DNA of 8,025 bases from a virus (IMGVR_UViG_2585427729_000009:1-8025); one strand, 5' to 3'. Counted from the stretch's first letter, positions 1 to 6,008 are shown. Notes: generated by a model from the letters alone, not told the origin. Numbers and translations are program-made.

Positions 1-110
1 CCTTTAAATGCCGTCTGGCGAAGAGTGGTGATCAGTTCCTGTGGGTCGACAGAATCCATGCCGACACGTTCAGCCAGCTTCCCTGCCAGCGTTGCGAGTG
101 CTGTACTCAT
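1..110 (-). CDS. bet: Bet (Red-beta) single-strand annealing recombinase, N-terminal 36 codons only; gene continues beyond window start
   Basis: Reverse complement of 1..110 translates MSTALATLAGKLAERVGMDSVDPQELITTLRQTAFKG from an ATG at rc(108..110), 5 nt after the gam stop, as in lambda. Absent from the ORF track because it is truncated. Confidence 0.85.
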   Translation of the reverse strand, partial: MSTALATLAGKLAERVGMDSVDPQELITTLRQTAFK

Positions 111-115
111 CCGTT

Positions 116-412
116 TTATACCTCTGAATCAATATCAACCTGATGGTGAGCAATGGTTTCAACCATGTACCGGATGTGTTCTGCCATGCGCTCCTGAAAC
201 TCAACATCGTCATCAAACGCACGGGTAATGGCTTTTTTGCTGGCCCCGTGGCGTTGCAAATGACCGATGCATAGCGATTCAAACAGGTGCTGGGGCAGGC
301 CTTTTTCCATGTCGTCTGCCAGTTCTGCCTCTTTCTCTTCACGGGCTATCTGCTGGTAGTGACGCGCCCAGCTCTGAGCCTCAAGACGATCCTGAATGTA
401 ATAAGCGTTCAT
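116..412 (-). CDS. gam: Gam (GamS form), RecBCD inhibitor
   Basis: 98-aa [24 protein letters not shown]...[10 protein letters not shown] matches lambda Gam from its internal Met onward, with a few substitutions relative to my memory of lambda. Position between bet and kil is as in lambda. Confidence 0.9.
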   Translation of the reverse strand: MNAYYIQDRLEAQSWARHYQQIAREEKEAELADDMEKGLPQHLFESLCIGHLQRHGASKKAITRAFDDDVEFQERMAEHIRYMVETIAHHQVDIDSEV

Positions 413-487
413 GGCCGAACTCCTGAAAATGGCTGTGAAAATATCGCCCGCGAAATGCCGGGCTGATTAGGAAAACAGGAAAGGGGG

Positions 488-631
488 TTAGTGAATGCTT
501 TTGCTTGATCTCAGTTTCAGTATTAATATCCATTTTTTATAAGCGTCGACGGCCTCACGAAACATCTTTTCATCGCCAATAAAAGTGGCGATAGTGAATT
601 TAGTCTGGATAGCCATAATTGTTTGATCCAT
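488..631 (-). CDS. kil: Kil (host FtsZ-targeting killing protein), 47 aa
   Basis: C-terminal 47 codons of the 488..757 track ORF read [47 protein letters not shown], with ATG at rc(629..631). It overlaps the cIII 3' end by 32 nt in another frame, exactly as in lambda. Confidence 0.8.
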   Translation of the reverse strand: MDQTIMAIQTKFTIATFIGDEKMFREAVDAYKKWILILKLRSSKSIH

Positions 632-764
632 TTTTTGGGACTCCTGGCTGATTAAGTATGTCGATAAGGCGTTTCCATCCGTCACGTAATTTACGGGTGA
701 TTCGTTCAAGTAAAGATTCGGAAGGGCAGCCAGCAACAGGCCACCCTGCAATGGCATATTGCAT
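600..764 (-). CDS. cIII: CIII, FtsH protease inhibitor (54 aa)
   Basis: rc(762..764)=ATG followed by CAA TAT GCC ATT GCA GGG TGG (MQYAIAGW), ending ...YGYPD with stop at rc(600..602). Below the ORF-track size cutoff; 72-nt gap to ea10 matches lambda. Confidence 0.88.
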   Translation of the reverse strand: MQYAIAGWPVAGCPSESLLERITRKLRDGWKRLIDILNQPGVPKNGSNNYGYPD

Positions 765-836
765 GGTGTGCTCCTTATTTATACATAACGAAAAACGCCT
801 CGAGTGAAGCGTAATTGGTATGCGGTAACGCCGCGC

Positions 837-1205
837 TCAGGCGGCCTTGATAGTCATATCATCTGAATCAAATATTTCTGATGTATCGATATCGGTAATT
901 CTTATTCCTTCACTACCATCCATTGGAGGCCATCCTTCCTGACCATTTCCATCATTCCAGTCGAACTCACACACAACACCATATGCATTTAAGTCGCTTG
1001 AAATTGCTATAAGCAGAGCATGTTGCGCCAGCATGATTAATACAGCATTTAATACAGAGCCGTGTTTATTGAGTCGGTATTCAGAGTCTGACCAGAAATT
1101 ATTAATCTGGTGAAGTTTTTCCTCTGTCATTACGTCATGGTCGATTTCAATTTCTATTGATGCTTTCCAGTCGTAATCAATGATGTATTTTTTGATGTTT
1201 GACAT
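837..1205 (-). CDS. ea10: Ea10 (lambda early protein, ssDNA-binding-like), 122 aa
   Basis: Track ORF of 122 aa, MSNIKKYIIDYDWKASIEIEIDHDVMTEEKL..., at the lambda ea10 position and length relative to cIII. Confidence 0.85.
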   Translation of the reverse strand: MSNIKKYIIDYDWKASIEIEIDHDVMTEEKLHQINNFWSDSEYRLNKHGSVLNAVLIMLAQHALLIAISSDLNAYGVVCEFDWNDGNGQEGWPPMDGSEGIRITDIDTSEIFDSDDMTIKAA

Positions 1206-1224
1206 CTGTTCATATCCTCACAGA

Positions 1225-1251
1225 TAAAAAATCGCCCTCATCTTGGAGGGC
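1225..1251 (-). terminator. Putative intrinsic terminator upstream of ea10 (hairpin plus T-tract on minus strand)
   Basis: Plus strand has AAAAAA (1225..1230) then stem GCCCTC (1234..1239), 6-nt loop, GAGGGC (1246..1251). On the minus strand this is a 6-bp GC-rich hairpin followed by a T6 tract. Confidence 0.4.
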
Positions 1252-1393
1252 AAAGAAGATTTCCAATAATCAGAACAAGTCGGCTCCTGTTTAGTTACGA
1301 GCGACATTGCTCCGTGTATTCACTCGTTGGAATGAATACACAGCGCTGTGTTTATTCTGTTGTTTGCGTGAAAATGAAATCCGCCTGAGCGGG

Positions 1394-2275
1394 TTATGAC
1401 CACTTTTTGTTTGGGTTTCGTTGGTGAGCGTGGTTTATAGGATTATTTGATATACCCCATAACTCTGACTCGCTTATCTCTACACGAGAGAAAGACCTGC
1501 TTTCTTTCAGTTCTTTTATAAACCTAGAACCTAAGATGACATCTATTGTACCAGAAAGTTCTTGTAAAAGATCTTTGTTTTTTCTGAGGAAGAAAATATC
1601 TTCTTTATATTTAATTTTTACATAGAATTTATTCTGTATTTTTAATATATCAAAGCATGGCAGATATCTATATCCCTCATATTTTCGCCACTGCTTAACA
1701 ATTATAACATCTTTTTCATTTACTGCATTAATCAGCCCAAGACCAAGTACAGGTATGAATATTCTATTGTCTGCCGAAAGCGTACAATTATCACCACCAG
1801 GCAAATATGTATAAATCATGTCGGAATTTTTATACGCATCAACGAATGCACGTAAGAAGCGTACATATTTTTGCCATCCGTTTATACCGAATTTACCATA
1901 TAAGTATTCTTTATTTGTTAGAAGAAAACTATTTGTATCAGGATCCTTATCTACAGACCTGTCGATAAGATCTCCAACTACGTTTACAAAGTCAAAGACA
2001 GAGTTTAATAAGAACAATTGTCTTTCAGTAGGGCGAATTTCAATTATGTAGCCAGGATGAAGACGATATTGCATCTGCTTACGAAGTATACCGAACGCTT
2101 GGGTCCGAGCATCTGAAAGCAACTTCTTGTCGCCATCGCCGTGAGCATTGTTTCTAATAAAACTGATATAATTTGCTAATTTTTCAGCCTCTTTTTTGTG
2201 TTTTTTTCGCTCTGATGCTGAGTCTATTGGTTTTGGTATGGACTTGTAATCAATCTTCTTCATTACGTACCTCAT
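1394..2275 (-). CDS. Hypothetical protein (293 aa), AT-rich accessory gene (moron) translationally coupled to N; function unknown, candidate exclusion/defence gene
   Basis: Long uninterrupted ORF (MRYVMKKIDYKSIPKPID...) with visibly low GC compared with flanking lambda-like genes. Its ATG rc(2273..2275) overlaps the N stop rc(2272..2274) as ATGA. An alternative start is Met5, rc(2261..2263), preceded by GAGG. I recognise no motif in it. Confidence 0.75.
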   Translation of the reverse strand: MRYVMKKIDYKSIPKPIDSASERKKHKKEAEKLANYISFIRNNAHGDGDKKLLSDARTQAFGILRKQMQYRLHPGYIIEIRPTERQLFLLNSVFDFVNVVGDLIDRSVDKDPDTNSFLLTNKEYLYGKFGINGWQKYVRFLRAFVDAYKNSDMIYTYLPGGDNCTLSADNRIFIPVLGLGLINAVNEKDVIIVKQWRKYEGYRYLPCFDILKIQNKFYVKIKYKEDIFFLRKNKDLLQELSGTIDVILGSRFIKELKESRSFSRVEISESELWGISNNPINHAHQRNPNKKWS

Positions 2276-2595
2276 GCCAATGGAATGGATTCCCCTTTAA
2301 CCTTTTGTCTTCCTTGACAAGTTATACCGAACTCACCTGGCTTGCTATACCAAACTCGATGATTCTTGCGCTCAATACGTTGCAGGTTGCTTTCAATCTG
2401 TTCGTGGTATTCAGCCAGCACCGTAAGGTCTATCGGATTCAGTGCGCTTTCTACTCGTGGTTTCGGTTTGCGATTCAGCGAGAGAATAGGGCGGTTAACT
2501 GGTTTTGCGCTTACCCCAACCAACAGGGGATTTGCTGCTTTCCATTGAGCCTGTTTCTCTGCGCGACGTTCGCGGCGGCGTGTTTGTGCATCCAT
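2272..2595 (-). CDS. N: N transcription antitermination protein (107 aa)
   Basis: MDAQTRRRERRAEKQAQWKAANPLLVGVSAKPVNRPILSLNRKPK... including the arginine-rich boxB-binding motif; start ATG at rc(2593..2595). The track ORF extends 44 codons upstream to 2727, but the lambda N start is the internal Met. Confidence 0.92.
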   Translation of the reverse strand: MDAQTRRRERRAEKQAQWKAANPLLVGVSAKPVNRPILSLNRKPKPRVESALNPIDLTVLAEYHEQIESNLQRIERKNHRVWYSKPGEFGITCQGRQKVKGESIPLA

Positions 2596-2752
2596 CTGGA
2601 TTCTCTTGTCAGTTAGCTTTGGTGGTGTGTGTGAGTCGTAGTCCTGAACGAAAACACCCCCGATTGGCTCATTTGCAGCTAATCCGGATTCGCACTTCCG
2701 GCCAATGCTTCGTTTCGTATCACACACCCCAAAGCCTTCTGCTTTGAATGCT

Positions 2753-2783
2753 GCCCTTCTTCAGGGCTTAATTTTTAAGAGCA
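2753..2783 (-). promoter_or_regulatory. nutL: nutL (boxA + boxB) N-utilisation site
   Basis: rc(2753..2767)=GCCCTGAAGAAGGGC, which is lambda nutL boxB. The boxA-like element rc(2774..2782) is TGCTCTTAA. Lies 158 nt upstream of the N start, as in lambda. Confidence 0.85.
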
Positions 2784-2822
2784 TCACCTTCATGGTGGTT
2801 AGTGCGTCCTGCTGATGGCTAA

Positions 2823-2851
2823 ATAGTACGATTTGTACTTTATTGAGTCAA
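2823..2851 (-). promoter_or_regulatory. pL early leftward promoter
   Basis: Minus strand reads TTGACT (rc 2846..2851), 17-nt spacer, TACTAT (rc 2823..2828), then TTAGCCATCAGCAGGACGCAC, which aligns with the lambda pL transcript start region. The hexamers and spacer differ from lambda. Confidence 0.65.
2825..2839. promoter_or_regulatory. Putative operator OL1 (perfect inverted repeat AGTAC-N5-GTACT)
   Basis: agtacgatttgtact overlaps the pL -10 and spacer; same 15-bp pattern as sites in the cI-cro intergenic region. Confidence 0.5.
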
Positions 2852-2864
2852 TACAAAATGTTCT
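2850..2864. promoter_or_regulatory. Putative operator OL2
   Basis: aatacaaaatgttct fits the a-TAC-N5-GT pattern and overlaps the pL -35. Confidence 0.35.
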
Positions 2865-2882
2865 AAATATAATTGGTTTTTT

Positions 2883-2897
2883 ATAACGCTTTGTATT
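2883..2897. promoter_or_regulatory. Putative operator OL3
   Basis: ataacgctttgtatt fits the AC-N5-GTA-tt pattern; its spacer gcttt resembles the gctct spacer of the OR3 candidate. Confidence 0.3.
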
Positions 2898-2916
2898 TAG
2901 TGGGTTTATATTTTGG

Positions 2917-2945
2917 AAAAAAAAAACCCCGACACTAAGGTCGGG
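2917..2945 (-). terminator. Intrinsic terminator immediately downstream of cI
   Basis: Plus strand has A10 (2917..2926), stem CCCGAC (2928..2933), loop actaag, GTCGGG (2940..2945). On the minus strand this is a GC hairpin followed by T10, about 33 nt after the cI stop (2978..2980). Confidence 0.7.
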
Positions 2946-2977
2946 TTATTGTTGTGTGCTTTAGAGTGGTGAGGCTG

Positions 2978-3637
2978 TTAACTAAATGTCTCTTCAGGCC
3001 ACTGGCTGGCGATAACTTTCCCTACTACGGAACAGCTATCATTGCATGGAATCATTGGATATTGCGGGTTTAGTGGCTGTAGGAACACCTGACCGCTATC
3101 CCTGATCAGTTTCTTGAAGGTAAACTCGTCACCACCAAGTCTGGCTATGCAGAAATCACCTGGCTCAACAGCCTGCTCAGGGTCAACGAGAATTAACATC
3201 CCGTCAGGAAAGCTTGGCTTGGATCCTGTTGGCGCGGTCATGGAATTACCTTCAACTTCAAGCCAGAACGCACAATCACTGGCTTTTTTGGTTGTGCTGA
3301 CCCATCTCTCCGCATCACCTTTGGTAAAGGTTCTAAGCTCAGGCGAGAACATCCCGGCCTGAACATGAGAAAAAACAGGGTACTCATATTGTTTTTTAAC
3401 GGGGGCAGATGAGTATTCGCCAACAGGTGAAAATGTACCGTCGTGGTTGAATGAGACGTTATCAATACCAAGGTATTTAAACACCACACCAATCTCGTCA
3501 AGAGATGGATGACGAGATCCGCGCAACCAGTGACCAATTCCACCCTGCGTCATACCAAGCTCTTCAGCTAACTTCTCTTGAGTTATGCCGAGCTCTTTCA
3601 TTCTGGATCTAGCCAGTTCATACCATTTCATTTTCAT
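2978..3637 (-). CDS. cI: CI-type immunity repressor; lambda-like C-terminal dimerisation/autocleavage (S24 peptidase) domain with a non-lambda N-terminal HTH (XRE-type) domain
   Basis: C-terminal part ...[39 protein letters not shown]...[12 protein letters not shown] matches lambda CI. N-terminal part [44 protein letters not shown]... does not. Start chosen at Met22 of the track ORF (rc 3635..3637) from HTH spacing; Met24 (3631) or the ORF start (3700) are alternatives. Confidence 0.85.
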   Translation of the reverse strand: MKMKWYELARSRMKELGITQEKLAEELGMTQGGIGHWLRGSRHPSLDEIGVVFKYLGIDNVSFNHDGTFSPVGEYSSAPVKKQYEYPVFSHVQAGMFSPELRTFTKGDAERWVSTTKKASDCAFWLEVEGNSMTAPTGSKPSFPDGMLILVDPEQAVEPGDFCIARLGGDEFTFKKLIRDSGQVFLQPLNPQYPMIPCNDSCSVVGKVIASQWPEETFS

Positions 3638-3646
3638 ACCCTTATT

Positions 3647-3661
3647 ATTACGCTCTGTACT
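3647..3661. promoter_or_regulatory. Putative operator OR3
   Basis: attacgctctgtact (a-TAC-N5-GTACT), next to the cI start and overlapping the presumed pRM region. Confidence 0.4.
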
Positions 3662-3672
3662 AAAACCATCCA

Positions 3673-3687
3673 TGCACAAGATGTATT
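3673..3687. promoter_or_regulatory. Putative operator OR2
   Basis: tgcacaagatgtatt shares the AC-N5-GTA-tt core with the other candidate sites. Confidence 0.35.
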
Positions 3688-3694
3688 TTTTTGT

Positions 3695-3723
3695 TTGCAT
3701 TCTAAAAGTACATATCGTATTAT
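3695..3723 (+). promoter_or_regulatory. pR early rightward promoter (candidate)
   Basis: TTGCAT (3695..3700), 17-nt spacer, TATTAT (3718..3723), about 27 nt upstream of the cro ATG, which has a GGAGGG Shine-Dalgarno at 3741..3746. Confidence 0.5.
3707..3721. promoter_or_regulatory. Putative operator OR1
   Basis: agtacatatcgtatt matches the minus-strand reading of OL1 (AGTACAAATCGTACT) at 13 of 15 positions and overlaps the pR spacer and -10, as OL1 overlaps pL. Confidence 0.5.
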
Positions 3724-3749
3724 TGTTTCATGGTTACTATGGAGGGCAT

Positions 3750-3965
3750 ATGAGCAACCTACGAAAATATCGAGAGTCACTGAATATCTCTCAAACAACA
3801 CTTGCTAAGGCAGTTGGATGCACACAGGGAGCTATCGGACATTGGGAATCTGGTCGTCGCTTCCCAGACCTTAAAACATGCCGTGCTCTTGTTGAGTGCC
3901 TAAACAAGTTAGGCGCAAAAGTCAGTCTTGATGACGTGTTCCCGCCGGAACACAAAGCCGCTTAA
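3750..3965 (+). CDS. cro: Cro-like repressor (71 aa, HTH XRE-type; not lambda Cro)
   Basis: MSNLRKYRESLNISQTTLAKAVGCTQGAIGHWESGRRFPDLK..., with start ATG 3750..3752 after a strong SD. The track ORF from 3585 is an upstream extension. Divergent from cI and followed by nutR, as for lambda cro. Confidence 0.85.
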   Translation: MSNLRKYRESLNISQTTLAKAVGCTQGAIGHWESGRRFPDLKTCRALVECLNKLGAKVSLDDVFPPEHKAA

Positions 3966-3973
3966 GACATTCC

Positions 3974-4005
3974 CGCTCTTACACATCCCAGCCCTGAAAA
4001 AGGGC
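3974..4005 (+). promoter_or_regulatory. nutR: nutR (boxA CGCTCTTAC + boxB GCCCTGAAAAAGGGC); tR1 region follows
   Basis: Exact boxA at 3974..3982 and boxB hairpin at 3991..4005; the sequence on to the cII start matches my memory of the lambda tR1 region. Confidence 0.9.
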
Positions 4006-4084
4006 ATCAAATTAAACCACACCTATGGTGTATGCATTTATTTGCATACATTCAATCAATTGTTATCTAAGGAAATACTTACAT

Positions 4085-4378
4085 ATGGTTCGTGCAAACA
4101 AACGCAACGAGGCTCTACGAATCGAGAGTGCGTTGCTTAACAAAATCGCAATGCTTGGAACTGAGAAGACAGCGGAAGCTGTGGGAGTTGATAAGTCGCA
4201 GATCAGCAGGTGGAAGAGAGACTGGATTCCAAAGTTCTCAATGCTGCTTGCTGTTCTTGAATGGGGGGTCGTTGACGACGACATGGCTCGATTGGCGCGA
4301 CAAGTTGCTGCGATTCTCACCAATAAAAAACGCCCGGCGGCAACCGAGCGTTCTGAACAAATCCAGATGGAGTTCTGA
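4085..4378 (+). CDS. cII: CII transcriptional activator (97 aa)
   Basis: MVRANKRNEALRIESALLNKIAMLGTEKTAEAVGVDKSQISRWKRDWIPKFSMLLAVLEWGVVDDDMARLARQVAAILTNKKRPAATERSEQIQMEF. Start at 4085 after TAAGGAAATACTTACAT; the track ORF from 4025 is an upstream extension. Confidence 0.93.
   Translation: MVRANKRNEALRIESALLNKIAMLGTEKTAEAVGVDKSQISRWKRDWIPKFSMLLAVLEWGVVDDDMARLARQVAAILTNKKRPAATERSEQIQMEF
4094..4107 (-). promoter_or_regulatory. CII-binding site of pRE (TTGC-N6-TTGC) overlapping the cII 5' end
   Basis: rc(4094..4107)=TTGCGTTTGTTTGC, the direct-repeat CII recognition element; the pRE -10 would lie just downstream on the minus strand, around 4070..4080. Confidence 0.55.
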
Positions 4379-4398
4379 GGTCATTACTGGATCTATCA
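4322..4398 (-). ncRNA. oop: oop antisense RNA (approximate ends) with terminator hairpin inside the cII 3' end
   Basis: Minus strand reads CGCTCGGTTGCCGCCGGGCG followed by TTTTTT (plus 4326..4351), the oop terminator shape, complementary to the cII 3' end. The 5' end is placed by analogy to lambda, not seen directly. Confidence 0.45.
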
Positions 4399-4410
4399 AC
4401 AGGAGTCATT

Positions 4411-5310
4411 ATGACAAATACAGCAAAAATACTCAACTTCGGCAGAGGTAACTTTGCCGGACAGGAGCGTAATGTGGCAGATCTCGATGATGGTTACGCC
4501 AGACTATCAAATATGCTGCTTGAGGCTTATTCAGGCGCAGATCTGACCAAGCGACAGTTTAAAGTGCTGCTTGCCATTCTGCGTAAAACCTATGGGTGGA
4601 ATAAACCAATGGACAGAATCACCGATTCTCAACTTAGCGAGATTACAAAGTTACCTGTCAAACGGTGCAATGAAGCCAAGTTAGAACTCGTCAGAATGAA
4701 TATTATCAAGCAGCAAGGCGGCATGTTTGGACCAAATAAAAACATCTCAGAATGGTGTATCCCTCAAAACGAGGGAAAATCCCCTAAAACGAGGGATAAA
4801 ACATCCCTCAAATTGGGGGATTGCTATCCCTCAAAACAGGGGAACACAAAAGACACTAATACAAAAGAAAAAAGAAAAGATTATTCGTCCGAGAATTCTG
4901 GCGAATCCTCTGACCAGCCAGAAAACGATCTTTCTGTGGTTAAACCGGATGCTGCAATTCAGAGCGGCAGCAGGTGGGGGACAGCAGAAGACCTGACCGC
5001 CGCAGAGTGGATGTTTGACATGGTGAAGACTATCGCGCCATCAGCCAGAAAACCGAATTTTGCAGGGTGGGCTAACGATATCCGCCTGATGCGTGAACGT
5101 GACGGACGTAACCACCGCGATATGTGTGTGCTGTTCCGCTGGGCCTGCCAGGACAACTTCTGGTCCGGTAATGTGCTGAGCCCGGCCAAACTCCGCGACA
5201 AGTGGACCCAGCTCGAAATCAACCGTAACAAGCAACAGGCAGTAGTGACAGCCAGCAAACCAAAACTCGACTTGACAAACACAGACTGGATTTACGGGGT
5301 GGATTTATGA
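4411..5310 (+). CDS. O: O replication initiator protein (299 aa)
   Basis: MTNTAKILNFGRGNFAGQERNVADLDDGYARLSNMLLEAY... matches lambda O along its length; contains the ori iterons. Confidence 0.95.
   Translation: MTNTAKILNFGRGNFAGQERNVADLDDGYARLSNMLLEAYSGADLTKRQFKVLLAILRKTYGWNKPMDRITDSQLSEITKLPVKRCNEAKLELVRMNIIKQQGGMFGPNKNISEWCIPQNEGKSPKTRDKTSLKLGDCYPSKQGNTKDTNTKEKRKDYSSENSGESSDQPENDLSVVKPDAAIQSGSRWGTAEDLTAAEWMFDMVKTIAPSARKPNFAGWANDIRLMRERDGRNHRDMCVLFRWACQDNFWSGNVLSPAKLRDKWTQLEINRNKQQAVVTASKPKLDLTNTDWIYGVDL
4760..4890. other. Origin of replication (ori-lambda type): four about 18-bp iterons plus adjacent AT-rich tract, inside the O gene
   Basis: Iterons tccctcaaaacgaggga (4760..4776), tcccctaaaacgaggga (4780..4796), atccctcaaattggggga (4803..4820), atccctcaaaacagggga (4826..4843), followed by an A-rich stretch to about 4890. 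Confidence 0.85.
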
Positions 5311-6008
5311 AAAACATCGCCGCACAGATGGTTAACTTTGACCGTGAGCAGATGCGTCGGATCGCCAACAACATGCCGGAACAGTACGACGAAAAGCCTC
5401 AGGTACAGCAGGTAGCGCAGATCATCAACGGTGTGTTCAGCCAGTTACTGGCAACTTTCCCGGCGAGCCTGGCTAACCGTGACCAGAACGAACTGAACGA
5501 AATCCGCCGCCAGTGGGTTCTGGCTTTCCGGGAAAACGGGATCACCACAATGGAACAGGTTAACGCAGGAATGCGCGTAGCCCGTCGGCAGAATCGACCA
5601 TTTCTGCCATCACCCGGGCAGTTTGTTGCATGGTGCCGGGAAGAAGCATCCGTTATCGCCGGACTGCCAAACGCCAGCGAGCTGGTTGATATGGTTTACG
5701 AGTATTGCCGGAAGCGTGGCCTGTATCCAGATGCAGAGTCTTATCCGTGGAAATCAAACGCGCACTACTGGCTGGTTACCAACCTGTACCAGAACATGCG
5801 GGCCAATGCGCTGACTGACGCGGAATTACGGCGTAAGGCTGCCGATGAGCTGACCTGTATGACAGCGCGAATTAACTGTGGTGAGACTATACCTGAACCA
5901 GTAAAACAACTTCCTGTCATGGGCGGCAGACCTCTAAATCGAGCACAGGCTCTGGCGAAGATCGCAGAAATTAAAGCTAAGTTCGGACTGAAAGGAGCAA
6001 GTGTATGA
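5307..6008 (+). CDS. P: P replication protein (DnaB helicase loader), 233 aa
   Basis: MKNIAAQMVNFDREQMRRIANNMPEQYDEKPQVQQ... matches lambda P; its ATG overlaps the O stop (ATGA at 5307..5310). Confidence 0.95.
   Translation: MKNIAAQMVNFDREQMRRIANNMPEQYDEKPQVQQVAQIINGVFSQLLATFPASLANRDQNELNEIRRQWVLAFRENGITTMEQVNAGMRVARRQNRPFLPSPGQFVAWCREEASVIAGLPNASELVDMVYEYCRKRGLYPDAESYPWKSNAHYWLVTNLYQNMRANALTDAELRRKAADELTCMTARINCGETIPEPVKQLPVMGGRPLNRAQALAKIAEIKAKFGLKGASV

Noticed and set aside
25-342. Track ORFs 25..228 (+) and 70..342 (-)
   Set aside because: They lie antisense to or out of frame with the recognisable bet and gam reading frames; no independent support.
488-757. 89-aa track ORF as a single gene
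   Set aside because: Only its C-terminal 47 codons correspond to kil (start 631); the upstream part is an out-of-frame read-through of the cIII coding region.
765-836. Possible short GC hairpin (GCGG/CCGC) between cIII and ea10
   Set aside because: The stem is only about 4 bp with no clear T-tract; too weak to call a terminator or RNA.
2596-2727. 44-codon N-terminal extension of the N ORF
   Set aside because: The conserved N protein begins at the internal Met (MDAQTRRRERR); the extension covers leader sequence between nutL and N.
1818-2747. Plus-strand ORFs 1818..2051, 2173..2616, 2366..2548 and 2505..2747
   Set aside because: All lie antisense to the 293-aa ORF or to N, with no start-site signals; judged to be shadow ORFs.
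3114-3543. ORFs 3114..3362 (+) and 3238..3543 (-) inside cI
   Set aside because: Opposite strand or alternative frame to the well-supported cI coding sequence.
3578-3808. ORFs 3578..3808 (+) and the 3585..3749 extension of the cro ORF
   Set aside because: They overlap the operator/promoter region and the cI start; cro begins at 3750 after a strong Shine-Dalgarno.
3928-4451. ORFs 3928..4140 (+), 4063..4323 (-), 4092..4451 (+) and the 4025..4084 extension of cII
   Set aside because: They cover nutR/tR1 and alternative frames of cII; cII starts at 4085 with its canonical leader.
4760-4843. Direct repeats as a possible CRISPR array
   Set aside because: Four imperfect repeats with almost no spacers inside the O gene are the ori iterons, not a CRISPR array.
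4727-5282. ORFs 4727..4996 (+), 4959..5282 (-) and 5041..5235 (-) within O
   Set aside because: Alternative-frame or antisense ORFs inside the O gene.
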